Shown: piece by piece, positions 27,431 to 39,113 of the stretch
How positions within the stretch are numbered: the first letter of the stretch is position 1
How the letters are laid out: every line of letters starts with the position of its first letter
Position numbers and translations under genes: made by a program
The notes under the pieces: generated by a model
What the model was told of the DNA's origin: nothing
The model's database searches: none
Seen by the model: the letters and a program-made list of their open reading frames with translations, nothing else
From: Tubulanus polymorphus
Taxonomy: Eukaryota; Animalia; Nemertea
Length of the DNA: 64,000 bases
Assembly (NCBI RefSeq): GCF_964204645.1
Contig: NC_134026.1
Coordinates: 29,484,150-29,548,149 of the forward strand
Direction of reading: 5' to 3'

Positions 27431-28637
27431 CCCCCTGGCTTCACGACGCGTGATTTCATTACTGGCGCTGTTGCGCATGACGTCATATATCGACTTGCGA
27501 AATACTTCCTTGTTCGCTGATTGGTCCATTTATCAGTAATTCCAACAGAAGCCTACACTGTAAAAACTAAGAACGCAGTGAACATACTGAGAACACTGAA
27601 ATAAGGTGTTCCCGAACACTTTTTAATGAATTTGGAACATCATCGAGTGTTCTAAGCTGATTTAAGTGCAAAAGCTCGTTCTGATGAACGCTGAGAACGG
27701 CTATGGAACGGCAAGAACACACCGATCACTCCACTAGAGCGTACGTGACTTTTCAAAGCGTTCTAGCACGCTTCACTGCACCTCGCTGACTGTGGAGAAT
27801 CATCTTTAGTAAGCTTTTGTATTCTTGATCTTATAATATTAATCGGCATTCATTGGAAGTAATTATGTCAGATCATGTAGGCCTAAACAAACAGTGCATT
27901 TCACAGCCGGCGTAGGCCTAATACGCGCCACGATGCGCCATAAATGCAATGAATGAATGCGGCAGAAAATCTTTTGGCGGAGGCCTCCACCATAACTGCG
28001 AGCTAAGTGAAGCCACATTTTTTCAGACAATTATTAGCGGCCGCTGCCTTGTGAATTAAAGTTTTATACCAAAAAATATTTTCCTCGGTGACTCCGCGCT
28101 GTTAATCAGGGCAGGGATCGAACCTATGAACTAAAGCTACAATCTCGCTCAAGAAAGTGAATTTGATTGATTTGACTTTTCTCAAGGTCGTTGAGCTTAA
28201 GCTGTCTGCTAAAAACGAACAGTCGCCAAAATTCCACATTCATTGCCTTAAGAAATTATAATTCGAGGCCTTTACGGGTATGATAGTTTACATCTCTGTA
28301 GGCCTAAATAAAAAGATAAAAGCTGCGGTGCATTTTATTGGCATGATGATATACTGAAACTGTGTTATTTTTCTTTTCAGTTTCTTTGCCGTTCAGCCAT
28401 GCCCATGCAACGATATATTGCATTCCAAGATATTACTAGTTTTACGCGCATACTGGAAATTTGCTCTTATTTGAATTTTGACGTCAGCGATGAAGTGATT
28501 GATAGCCACTTTACCATATGCTTTTTTAACATAGGACAGTGCAACCTGATCCAGAATATTTGTGCCTATTATTTGATCGAATATCAAGTCATAAATACAA
28601 CATTATCGTTGTAGAATCAGTACAGTAGAGAGTAAGT

Positions 28638-31169
28638 ATGGTCTATACTTGTAACTTATGTAACTTTTTTTCAATAAGCAATGATGATTTTAAAAATCAC
28701 ATCTTAAGAAAACATAGAAATGATCCACATTTCAAAATAACGTGTGATGCCTGTGGTGCCACCTATCATAATTATTTTTCATATCGTAGTCATTTTAAAC
28801 GCCACCATGCCCATAGGGAAGAAGTTGACCATGAACCCGATGACATAGACCTACCAGAACCGCAAAATCTCCAAATAGGCCTAAATGATGATCCTAGACC
28901 TGACTTAGGCCTGGTGGAACATGATATTCAACAAAATCAAAATGAACTCAATGTTGCAGCAGTTGACCAACTGAAAATGAGTGCTGGGCAATTCATTCTA
29001 AAAATGAGAGCTGGCCATAAAATAAGTGCAAGAGCAACCTGTGAGATGCTTGAAACAGTCAGCCAGTTTACTGAAATTGTTTCTGAGTGTACTCGTGATA
29101 ATATTCTTAGATTAGTTCCTGGACTGAATGAAGAACAAAAGAATTTGATTACTCATTACTTTGCTGAAAAACAGGATGTATTTGCTGGGCTTCAAAGTAC
29201 TTATATGCAGAACAAGTTCTTTAGAGATAATTTCTCTTTGGTTGAACCTGTGGAAATAGTGTTAGGTCATTATTTCAAAAAGGTCAAGGTTAAAGGTAGA
29301 TATATTTTCAAGAAAGTCCCTGCTCTTGGCTATTTTATACCATTATTAGAAACTCTTAAATCAATTTTGAGTATACCTCAAGTAAAGAATTGTGCCAATA
29401 TAAGTCATGCTAGTGAAGATCAATACATGCGAGACATGTGCGATGGTACTTATTTCAAAAACCATCCTCTGTTCAAAAAAAACCCGAATGCACTTTGCCT
29501 TCTTGCATACTGTGATGATTTCGAGCTAGCCAATCCGATTGGAACTCATGCCAAATTGCATAAAATAATCATATTCTATGTAGTTGTATGCAACATTCCA
29601 CCTGAATTACGATCAAAATTGCCAGTAATTCATCTTGTAGCTGTTACACTGAGAAAGTATATTGTTGGTCACAGGGACAGGCTTCAAAAGCTTCTTAAAA
29701 ATTTTGTTGATGATCTAAACACTCTCTATGATGGGTACACATTCATCTTACCCTCCGGCATATATCGTACTAATGGGACTTTATTGGCATTCACTGGAGA
29801 TACGCCTGCAGCAAATGAAATTGCTGGCTTTAAAGAAGGGGTTGGTGGAGCCAGCAAGCCTTGCAGACTTTGTGATATTCATAAGAATGACATGAATGCT
29901 ATATTCTGTCCCTCTGACTGCATGATGCGAGAAGAAGTTGAACATAGAGAGAGGTGTAATTACCTGAAAGAACTTAGTAGGGCTGATAGGCTTCTAATGA
30001 GTAGTGAGTATGGGATAAATAATGATTCTGTGTTGCAAGGTATCAATGATTTCCAGATAACGAAGTGTTTTCCTATGGATGTCATGCATGTACTACTGGA
30101 AGGAATTTGCAATTATGAGACCAAATTATGTCTTCGACATATGGTATCTGATAAAAACATGAATGTTAGTGTTCTAAACAACTGCATAGCAAATTACAGC
30201 TATTCTGAACTTGAAATGAAAGATAGACCTCAACCCATAGATAGAAAAACTCTTTTTGGTAATGGAAAACTAAATCAAACGTCTGAATCTATGCGGATAT
30301 TAATGTATCATTTGCCATTCATTTTGAACGCTATGAACATACTAGATGATAGAGATGAGTATTGGAGTAACTGGATACGTCTTCAAAAGATAACTATTCT
30401 GAGTTTATCCCCTATTATATCTGATGAAACTATTGCATTTATAGATATATTGGTTGCAGTACACAACAGAAAATTCGTAGAGATTTATCCCGATGAGAGC
30501 TATACGCCCAAATTGCACTATATGGTACATTTGGGGGATCAGATGCGAAAATATGGTCCTCTGCGCACACATTGGTGTATGCGCTTCGAAGGGAAACATG
30601 GTTTTTTCAAAAAGATGAAATGGAACAATTTTAAGAATATTGCTCTAGTTATTGCGACAAAGCACCAGCAGTGGCTTTGTCTTCAGCAACTCGGGACGGA
30701 TGGGCAAAGATCCATGTGTTTCTTAAATGACGAAGATGACATAAAATTTGGGCACATAATGCATGAAGACGAAGACCATTTCAATGATATAATGACATAT
30801 TTAGTACGTGAAACACATAGATTGCAGATAGGTCCTTTGATGATAAGCCCAAAGATCGTCGTACATGGTCATATTTACATGCCTGACAACATTCTCCTTT
30901 TAGAATTCGATGAAGATGAATATCCCGTATTTTGTAAGATTACTAAGATTGTAGTTGTTCAGGAAGAGAAATACTTGCTACTTGATAGGTTTTTAGTCGA
31001 GAGGTATGATTACACTCTCAATGCTTATGAGCTTCGAGAGGATCACTCTTGTAGTAGAAATAAGATCTTGTCTGTTCAGGATCTCCAATTCCCTTGGGTA
31101 CTGCCCCAAAAATGCTTTGGTTATAAGAGATATGTTTTACTTTGCTATAGTCCTCTCGTAATGTTGTAA
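28638..31169 (+). CDS. CMC/EnSpm-type DDE transposase with two N-terminal C2H2 zinc fingers (843 aa, intronless)
   Basis: CxxC..HxxxxH twice at the N-terminus; YCDDFE..NPIG, GDTPA..CRLC, DVMHVLLEG, TPKLHYMVH and GPL..WCMRFEGKH match the D, D, CxxC, H(3-4)H, E signature of CMC transposases. Confidence 0.92.
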   Translation: MVYTCNLCNFFSISNDDFKNHILRKHRNDPHFKITCDACGATYHNYFSYRSHFKRHHAHREEVDHEPDDIDLPEPQNLQIGLNDDPRPDLGLVEHDIQQNQNELNVAAVDQLKMSAGQFILKMRAGHKISARATCEMLETVSQFTEIVSECTRDNILRLVPGLNEEQKNLITHYFAEKQDVFAGLQSTYMQNKFFRDNFSLVEPVEIVLGHYFKKVKVKGRYIFKKVPALGYFIPLLETLKSILSIPQVKNCANISHASEDQYMRDMCDGTYFKNHPLFKKNPNALCLLAYCDDFELANPIGTHAKLHKIIIFYVVVCNIPPELRSKLPVIHLVAVTLRKYIVGHRDRLQKLLKNFVDDLNTLYDGYTFILPSGIYRTNGTLLAFTGDTPAANEIAGFKEGVGGASKPCRLCDIHKNDMNAIFCPSDCMMREEVEHRERCNYLKELSRADRLLMSSEYGINNDSVLQGINDFQITKCFPMDVMHVLLEGICNYETKLCLRHMVSDKNMNVSVLNNCIANYSYSELEMKDRPQPIDRKTLFGNGKLNQTSESMRILMYHLPFILNAMNILDDRDEYWSNWIRLQKITILSLSPIISDETIAFIDILVAVHNRKFVEIYPDESYTPKLHYMVHLGDQMRKYGPLRTHWCMRFEGKHGFFKKMKWNNFKNIALVIATKHQQWLCLQQLGTDGQRSMCFLNDEDDIKFGHIMHEDEDHFNDIMTYLVRETHRLQIGPLMISPKIVVHGHIYMPDNILLLEFDEDEYPVFCKITKIVVVQEEKYLLLDRFLVERYDYTLNAYELREDHSCSRNKILSVQDLQFPWVLPQKCFGYKRYVLLCYSPLVML

Positions 31170-31237
31170 ACTGCTGTTGTTTTTATAGATTTTATAGAAG
31201 GCTAGGTCACTGGATGTGGTGTGTCTGTCAGAAACTA

Positions 31238-31398
31238 CAGTGGAACCTCGTTACTTCATGAGACCAGAAAATATGTTCATTATAACTGATATATTTTGAA
31301 TCCAGTATGAAAAATTATAGGAGGTCAAATTATCCCATTTTGAACAGTTTGTAATAACCGATAAATCGTTATATCTGATGTTATAACGAGGTTCCATG
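31238..31398. mobile_element. Tc1/mariner-type MITE between the two transposon genes
   Basis: TA|CAGTGGAACCTCGTTA ... TAACGAGGTTCCATG|TA. Confidence 0.7.
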
Positions 31399-31530
31399 TA
31401 TATCCAACTATCTGACTACTCCTTTAATGCTAGAATTTTTGTGGAAATATTTCTTATTGCTTAGGTAAACTGTCCGTTTGAAAAAGCAAGGTTTTCAATC
31501 TCACACTGACAGTGTCAGCTTTATTAAAAT

Positions 31531-34500
31531 ATGTGTTCGGTCGACAACAAAACCACACTTCATCGGTGCATAAATTCAGCAGGAAACAAAGTTTTCTTGA
31601 TCGCGTCATCACTAAAAATGTTAAAAGATAAAGGTATGTAAGTCGATATTTGGTATTATGTAGTTCAAGTTCAAGTTCATGTAAATATACTGGTTTATTT
31701 AATCTTGTATAACAATATTTTTGGTTGTTTAGCTACGAAATGGTTATCTTCAAGTGAAGATGATCCACCGTCAGTGTACACCAGCGATGGAACTGAGATC
31801 TTCGACGAAGAGGTGTTTGAGGTGATTTCACAAACTGATACGACTCTCCTCATATTAAAGTCTGGTGAAACTCTGATCAATTATGGTGAGTATATAGGCG
31901 TATATATTCTTAGAAATGGTGAATCATCAAATTATCGTAGTTGTTTTAACTAATTATAATTCAATTATAACTTTTATTAGACGTCCATAAGAGTACTCTT
32001 CAACCTGATTTATCTTCGTCAACTGATACTGACATCAGCTCAGAAAGGTCTGATTTCATTGATTCGGAGGAATCGGCATCAATTGTGAGTATATCTTTTA
32101 TATACTATCAATTATAACAGGGTTCCTACAGCCCCTCAAATCCCTCGAATAACCCTCAAATTTAGAATTGGTCATGTAGCAAGCCTGTAAAATCCAATAT
32201 TTAAAGGAATTACCAAAACTAAGCGCTGATGTGGTGGATAAGCTATCAGCCTCTGCATCAGCTGCTGCCGCCGTTTGGGATGAATGTGTGACTCAAATGG
32301 CATACGGTTTACTCAAGAGACCCGAGGGAATCTCGACATCAAGACAATATACAGAGGCATGCCAAGAACTCATAAAAAGATATCCCAATTTGGCCAGAAT
32401 CTCAGCTGGTAAAGTTACAAAGCCTTGGGTAAGTAATCATTATATGATATTATAATTACATTATATTATATTATAACCTTTAACTATTTGCATATTAATC
32501 TAAAACTTGGAATTTCAATGAAAAGTGATAGTTCATATCTCAAGTTGGATTCATCGAAGCAAAATCCTGAAATGTTTTTAAGGAAAAAGACTAAATACCG
32601 GTATATATGTTATAATTTTTAGCCCACTTGGCCGAAGGCCATTCGGTTAGTCCCTGTGGTTGGTTGCACAGTTTTGATTTAAGTCCAAAAGTTGTCTTAA
32701 ATTTTAGAAGTGATCTTAGGTTGTTAGATTGGCTATAGAACTTAGTTGGTCTTAAGTCTAAGCCGTGACTATGCAACCGGCCCTGGGTCTTAGTGTGGTC
32801 TGGCGTGCGTGTGTCATATTTCTTGTGAACGCTCTACAGACCACAGTTTTTGGCCAATCGGCTTTAAATTCACATATATTGTGTATGACCAAAACATCTC
32901 GGAGGAGTTTTATATTTGTATTAATTGGATCCAAGATGGCTGATTGGCGGCCATCTTGGTTTCTGAAATGTGAAATGAAATGGTCTATCATATGACCAAA
33001 CAAGGTCATCATATCATCCAATATGGCCGCCTGGTGACCATCTTGGTTTCTGAAAATGCACAATTTTGATATTACCTGATATAATATTCCATGTAGATCT
33101 TTCATATTTCATATGAGAATGTGAAATAGAAGGGTCTATCATATGACCAAACTAGGTCTTCTTAGCACCTGTCCTATTGTGCTTAGATTTTGTTTGATTA
33201 AGGTGGCTTTTAAGAAATCGTTAAGTATGAAAGTGAGACACATTCGGCACTACAGAAAGAAGAGAGATAATACGTCAGCTAGCAGTAGTTACAGGAAGGC
33301 AGTTAAGGTTTCAGGTAATTTTATGAAATAATAGTTTAGTCGTACATGTATGTATTATTAATGAAATATGGTATGATATTAAAACAGATGAATCTGTTTT
33401 AGCTTGCCGTGGTTTGAGTCGGGAGTCTCCGTCGTCGCCTGTTGGTGGTTTAGACGAAGACCGGAGTTCTTTCACAGCTGTTAAAGCGTCAGGTATTTAT
33501 AAAATGAATAGTTCGTTGTTGTTCCTGATAAAATTCCAATCAAATTACCGCATCTAATTAGATGAGTCTCTTTTAGGTCGTTGTGGTTTGAGTCGGGAGT
33601 CTCCGTCACCTGTTGGTTTTTTAAACGAAGGCTGGAGTTCTTGCGAAGCTGTTAAAGCATCAGGTAGTTATAAAATGAATAGTTCGTTGTTGTTCCTGAT
33701 AAAATTCCAATCAAATTACCGCATCTAATTAGATGAGTCTCTTTTAGGTCGTTGTGGTTTGAGTCGGGAGTCTCGGTCACCTATTGTTTTTTTAAACGAA
33801 GACTGGAGTTCTTGCGAAGCTCTTAAATCGTCAGGTATTTATAAAATGAATAGTTCGTTGTTGTTCCTGATAAAATTCCAATCAAATTACCGCATCTAAT
33901 TAGATGTGTCTCTTTTAGGTCGTTGTGGTTTGAGTCGGGAGTCTCCGTCACCTGTTGGTTTTTTAAACGAAGGCTGGAGTTCTTGCGAAGCTGTTAAAGC
34001 ATCAGGTAGTTATAAAATGAATAGTTCGTTGTTGTTCCTGATAAAATTCCAATCCAATTACCGCATCTAATTAGATGAGTCTCTTTTAGCTTGCCGTGGT
34101 TTGAGTCAGAAGTCTCCGTCACCTGTTGGTTTTTTAAACGAAGACTGGAGTTCTTGCGAAGCTGTTAAAGCGTCGGGTAGTTATCTGAAATAATGGTTTA
34201 GTTGTATATATGATTGACGAAATTCTATTCAGATTATGGTATGATATTAAAACAGACGAGTCTCTTTTAGTTTGCGGTGCTTTGAGTCAGGAGTCTCCGT
34301 CGCCCGTTGGTGTTTTAGCTGAAGACCTGAGTCCTTCTGAAGTCTCAAATAGTGGTAAGAATGATTCCAAAGTATATGAAATGTATTAATGTGAATTGAG
34401 TTCAGATGCCTCTTTTCTTTAATCTCTTAGACCAAGCTGACCTTGCTATGTTAGGAGAAAAGCGATTGTTGGACCGACCAAAGATATTCAAACTGATGAA

Positions 34501-36024
34501 GGCCACACTAGCGCAGCGTCGACAGGAAATAAGAAATTCAGGCGATATACTTTTCTTCATGCAAAAGTATAAATTTTTTCAACATTTAGATTATGTGAGT
34601 GCAAATATCTTTGATTTTGAAATTTCCACATCAAATAAGATTTATTTGGTTGTAAAGTTTGTTTTGGATATTTTTAGATTTTCGAGGAATTTCATTTGAT
34701 GGGATATGCAAGGGACTTTCTACATAATTTTTCTCAGAGATATGAATCAATGTTAGAAAAGTTAGCCACTTTGGCTATGATGAATGGAGATATTAGCGTA
34801 AGTCGCCTAGCCCGATTGATGTTGATTTTTTAAATTACGAAGTACACTTTGAAGAGTTCTGCTTGGATAATGTAATCCTGCTATTTTCATCTGTAAGCTT
34901 CAACATTTTGTCCATGTTTCAACACATGGCTAAATCTATATAGCTGCGTTCACACGACAACTAGTTAGACCGGTCTAAATCGGTCCGCACTGGGCCCACA
35001 GGATGTCGCCATGAGTATTTTACCCCAAAATTTATGTAAATGATCATAGATTTATGATTCCCTGGCAGTTTTTTATTTGAACAATTTTGACGCAGTGTAC
35101 CATATATCTGGACACATCAACCTATAATAGATTCTAGGTATTTTCCAGAACAATTTATAGGGATATCTATTCAACTATCAACATACGCTGAGATTTTAAG
35201 ATAAATAATAATCCGTTAGCGTACACATTAATTTTAGGTAGTAAAGAAATTATATGAAATCTTAAAACTATATTAATAGGCTTGATAAGTAATTGCTGAC
35301 GATACAATTGAATTGATATTGCAGAGTACGATTTAGACCGGCTCCTAGTACCAGTTTCTCTCCACGGCACACACACAGATTTAGTTCTGTCCTAATTTAG
35401 ACCCATCTTAATAATGTCGTCTAAACGCGCCTATACAGTATATGTATTCTAAACCTACGTATTTATCATTCTAGGAGGATCAGCATCAGATTGCTTTGAT
35501 TGAGTTTGTACACAAGGAAACAAGCTACAATTATTCACGTTGTATAATTTCCGTTGTTGACGTAAGTTCATTTGCCTAAGCTTGAGCTAATTATGAAAAT
35601 ATCTGGTACTTAAAATATTTCTGGTATTTAAAACATTTCTCTGACTTGAATTTAAGGATAGTCAAAATCTCATACAATGTTTTTATGGTTACAGTATTGG
35701 TATTTTTAGGAAGTGGACTTTGGAAAGACCAGCAATTCAGAAAATTCAGCATTCCCAAGTATTGTTGTGGTTGGTGATGGGGTATCGTATGCGCAATATT
35801 TTCTTTCTATCGGAACAGTGCTTATCGATTGTACCACCTACAAAGATCTATCCGGAATCAAGTTAGCATTACTGGCAACACTGGTATTGTACTACATTTT
35901 TGACCTGAACTATCCGAGACCTTTCAAGGAGTCCCTATCATTCTTTCAGGCAGTTCTATTTCAAGAAAATTGTCGTAAAGGCAATAGAACGGCCAAATTA
36001 TTCAGCCATTTTACATGTAGTTAA
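31531..36024 (+). CDS. Transposon second gene (TnpA-equivalent, SAMD3-like C-terminus) with an N-terminal CIDE-N-like domain; 15 exons, about 633 aa
   Basis: GT-AG exons in consistent phase with no stops: 31531-31633, 31733-31885, 31981-32084, 32207-32428, 33203-33314, 33403-33492, 33577-33663, 33748-33834, 33919-34005, 34090-34176, 34271-34354, 34431-34594, 34678-34797, 35475-35561, 35710-36024; motifs LIKRYP, LMKATLAQRR and YYIFDLNYP..LSFFQ are typical of the accessory ORF of animal EnSpm elements. Confidence 0.8.
32615..33170 (+). mobile_element. Non-autonomous Helentron/HINE-like insertion in an intron of the second gene
   Basis: Starts TTTTTAGCCCACTTGGCCGAAGGCC; short (GCGT) tract; internal CCAAGATGGC..GCCATCTTGG palindromes. 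Confidence 0.5.
33403..34354 (+). repeat. 171-bp tandem array, each unit one 87-nt exon plus an 84-nt intron (6 exon copies)
   Basis: TTTTAG|..GGTTTGAGTCGGGAGTCTCCGTC..TCAG|GTA repeated; every copy is phase 1-1 and stop-free. Confidence 0.85.
34940..35435. mobile_element. Old MITE (PIF/Harbinger-like ends) in an intron
   Basis: Imperfect TIRs TATAGCTGCGTTCACACGAC ... GTCGTCTAAACGCGCCTATA; internal TTAGACC/GGTCTAA motifs. Confidence 0.5.
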
Positions 36025-36079
36025 ATAATACATGTAGTTGAATTCCTGGAAAATCCAGCCTTGGTAAACTAATGAGTAG

Positions 36080-36318
36080 TTTGAGTAAAAATACAATATT
36101 AGAATTGAAATCTGACAGTGAGATTTAAAAGATCAGTTTGGTGGAGCAGATTTTGTGGCCTTTTAAAGTGAGAAGGGTCAGTGTGATTCTACGAGGCATT
36201 CATTAATTCATTCATCCTGACCCTACTCACTTTAAAAGGCCACAACATTTGCTCCACTTAGGCGATCTTTAATTTCAGGGTCAAATTTCATCTTCAATAA
36301 TAATTTTTCACTAAAACT
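36080..36318. repeat. Long imperfect inverted repeat just downstream of the second gene's stop codon
   Basis: GTGGAGCAGATTTTGTGGCCTTTTAAAGTGAGAAGGGTCAG pairs with CTGACCCTACTCACTTTAAAAGGCCACAACATTTGCTCCAC; pairing continues outward. Confidence 0.8.
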
Positions 36319-36599
36319 GTATGCTATAAAACTACATTTCTGTATAGGCGGTAACTGTTAGGAATTTCATTTCAGGGGATATGTAAGGGATTTTCTAAGT
36401 GATTTTTCTCAAAGATATGAATCAATGATTGAAAAGTTAGCCACTTTGGCTTGGATGAGTGAAGATATTATCATTTAGATGAACTAGAAAATGCGCATTC
36501 AGAAAAGAAATAAACCTGGAAAATCGGCAGAATTTTGAATTTGCTTGAACTATATATGCTCTTCTTTGATTGTGTTTTTATTTCACGCTTAAGGCTGAA

Positions 36600-36985
36600 C
36601 TGTTCAGATATATTATATTATGTTTTTTAGTGATGCAGACTGAGATGGTCAGATATATATTTTACCATGTGAATGACATGTACTAATGCAGCTATTAAAA
36701 GGCAGCATTCTCTTAAAAAGAGCGTGTATGTATTTGATTTACGCTTATTGTGGCCAAATACATTGGTTAAGGATTTTGATTCAATGGAGTTTGTGCACAA
36801 AGAAACCAGATACATTTTATTATGTTTTTTAGTGATGCTGACTGAGATAGTCAGATATATATTTTACCATGTGAATGACATGTGCTAATGCAGCTATTAA
36901 AAGGCAGCATTCTCTTAAAAAGAGCGTGTATGTATTTGATTTACGCTTATTGTGGCCAAATACATTGGTTAAGAATTTTGATACT
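36600..36985. repeat. About 198-bp direct duplication, 2 copies
   Basis: TATTATGTTTTTTAGTGATGC...CATTGGTTAAG repeated near 36617 and 36818. Confidence 0.85.
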
Positions 36986-37504
36986 TCCTTTTTGACAATT
37001 TTAATTCAAAATAATAAAATTTTGGATTTCAAGATTAATCTCATCTTTTTGGTTTTTCTGCCGGGAATGTGTTGAGTTTTGCAATGTTCCCTCAGGTGTT
37101 CCGGAGTTCTACAAGTGTGTTCCCAAAAGGTGTTCTTGCAGTGTTCCCACTGGTGTTCCAGAGTTCTAAGAGTATGTTCCCAAAAGGAGTTCTCGTAATG
37201 TTCCCACAAGTGTTCCATGATTTAAGTGTTCCAAAACTCTACTCAACTGAAAATGTTCTAAGTAGTGTTCAAGATACGTTCTTAGTTTTTACAGTGTAAT
37301 ATCGTTTGTAACAAGCGCTGTGATTGGTACAACCGGATTCTGGTCAGCTAGTAACGACTCGTGAGGTCAAGGGATTCGGCGAACAGCTTTAGCGTAGTGG
37401 GTTCGAATCGCTTGACGGGTGAAGATTATCTGAAGAACAGCTAGAGGAAATTTGATAAAATCTGGTCTCAGAACGAAATGAATCACACAGTTCCATTACT
37501 GACT

Positions 37505-37715
37505 AAACTGTAATCCGGATACTGAGTAAACTGTGGTCCGGATACTGAGTAAACTGTGGTCCGGATACTGAGTAAACTGTGATCCGGATACTGAGTAAAC
37601 TGTGGTCCGGATACTGAGTAAACTGTCATCCGGATGCTGAGTAAACTGTGGTCTGGATACTGAGTAAACTGTGGTCCGGATACTGAGTAAACTGTGGTCC
37701 GGATACTGAGTAAAC
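37505..37715. repeat. 23-bp minisatellite, about 9 copies
   Basis: CCGGATACTGAGTAAACTGTGGT. Confidence 0.93.
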
Positions 37716-38235
37716 TCACTGTATAAGACTCAGTACCTAACAAGGTGCCAACCTTTGACCGTAATAATGAATCCATTACAAAATAAATCGTGTGCAAACT
37801 GTATTTGCCGCAAGGCCACAATATCTAGGATTCGCCAACAATTAGACGATGAAGATTCTGACTATGAGCCCAGTTAGTGAAGGACATTTGTATCAAACAT
37901 CAGTTTAGATCTAGTATAAACATTGAGTGGGTGCGGCTTGAGACTAGTTCACAGATAAGCTCATGATAGCAGTGGCGAGATGTACCTCCTTCCTGCCATA
38001 ATCTCAGGATCTCAAACTGTTTTGAGCAACTACCTTGAGATACGAGGAATAAAGTTTAACCAATCAATCAAAAATAGTGATCCTGAATTTCCTGACGGTT
38101 GATGAATGATTAATAAAAAAAGAAAATCACATGTTTACGGATCCTGGAGTCGCAGAGAAAAACAAAAGTACCTTAATACTAGTGCTACTTTTCAGCGGTA
38201 TCTAAAAAGTTGGTCCCATAATGTGACGGGTATCT

Positions 38236-38560
38236 GGATATGGACTAAACAGCTGTGCGGTTCCTGACTAAACTATCACCTAACCGCAGTCCAGTTATTG
38301 ACTAAAATATGGACTAAACCATAGTCCACTAAAATATGGACTACACCGCAGTCCAGTTATTGACTAAAATATGGACTAAACCGTAGTCCACTAAAATATG
38401 GACTACACCACAGTCCAGTTATTGACTAAAATATGGATTAAACGGTAGTACAGTTATTGACTAAAATATGGACTACACCGCAGTCCAGTTACTGATTAAA
38501 ATAAGGACTAAACTGCAGTCTGCTTCCTGACTAAATGGACTGAAACGCGCAGTCCAGTCA
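38236..38560. repeat. 27/35-bp repeats containing GGACT..AGTCC mini-hairpins
   Basis: ATATGGACTAAACCG(C/T)AGTCCA(GTTATTGA)CTAAA units. Confidence 0.8.
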
Positions 38561-39113
38561 CTTGATTTATTAAACATAAATCAGGATTTTCTATGAAATG
38601 CATTGGTCTGGAAGCCTACACAGTTTAAATTATTTATGTTGTAACTTATCTCTATTGACTGGAATATGAATAACATGATGAATATTTCACAATTTGGACA
38701 ATATTTGGAACCGAAACCAGGAAATGAAGTTACTTCCTCGAGTTAATTCTCATCCACCAGAGCCTCTACTCACTATTCAATTCAATTCAATTCAAACTTA
38801 ATTCACCATAGATTCGATAGCAAATTCAATTAAGTTTGAGAGTTTTCCAAAATTAAAAAGAGAATTGAAAGAAATTGACATTAGATGATATTAGATTTTT
38901 TAATTGATGATATTCGAAATAATTGAGATTTAGACAATTTGAGATTTAGGAAATCAAATAATGCGGAGATTTGAGATAAAATAATTGTGATTGTGAATTT
39001 GAGATCAAATAATTTCGGATGTTGGAAATCAAATAATTTGAGATTTTCATGAAAAATAATCGAGAATTTGAGATACCCCAGATTGAGATTGATGAAGTAG
39101 ACTTTGTACTTAC

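Larger units (their letters stand above)
27556..37296 (+). mobile_element. Full-length CACTA/EnSpm (CMC superfamily) DNA transposon, 9.74 kb
   Basis: Perfect 20-bp TIRs CACTGTAAAAACTAAGAACG (27556-27575 and 37277-37296); TA on both sides (2-bp TSD); subterminal GAACAC/GTGTTC motif clusters at both ends; transposase plus a spliced second gene inside. Confidence 0.93.

Noticed and set aside
27360-28910. Frequent TAGGCCTA/AGGCCT palindromes
   Set aside because: Irregularly spaced short motif with no evident structure; not interpretable without genome-wide counts.
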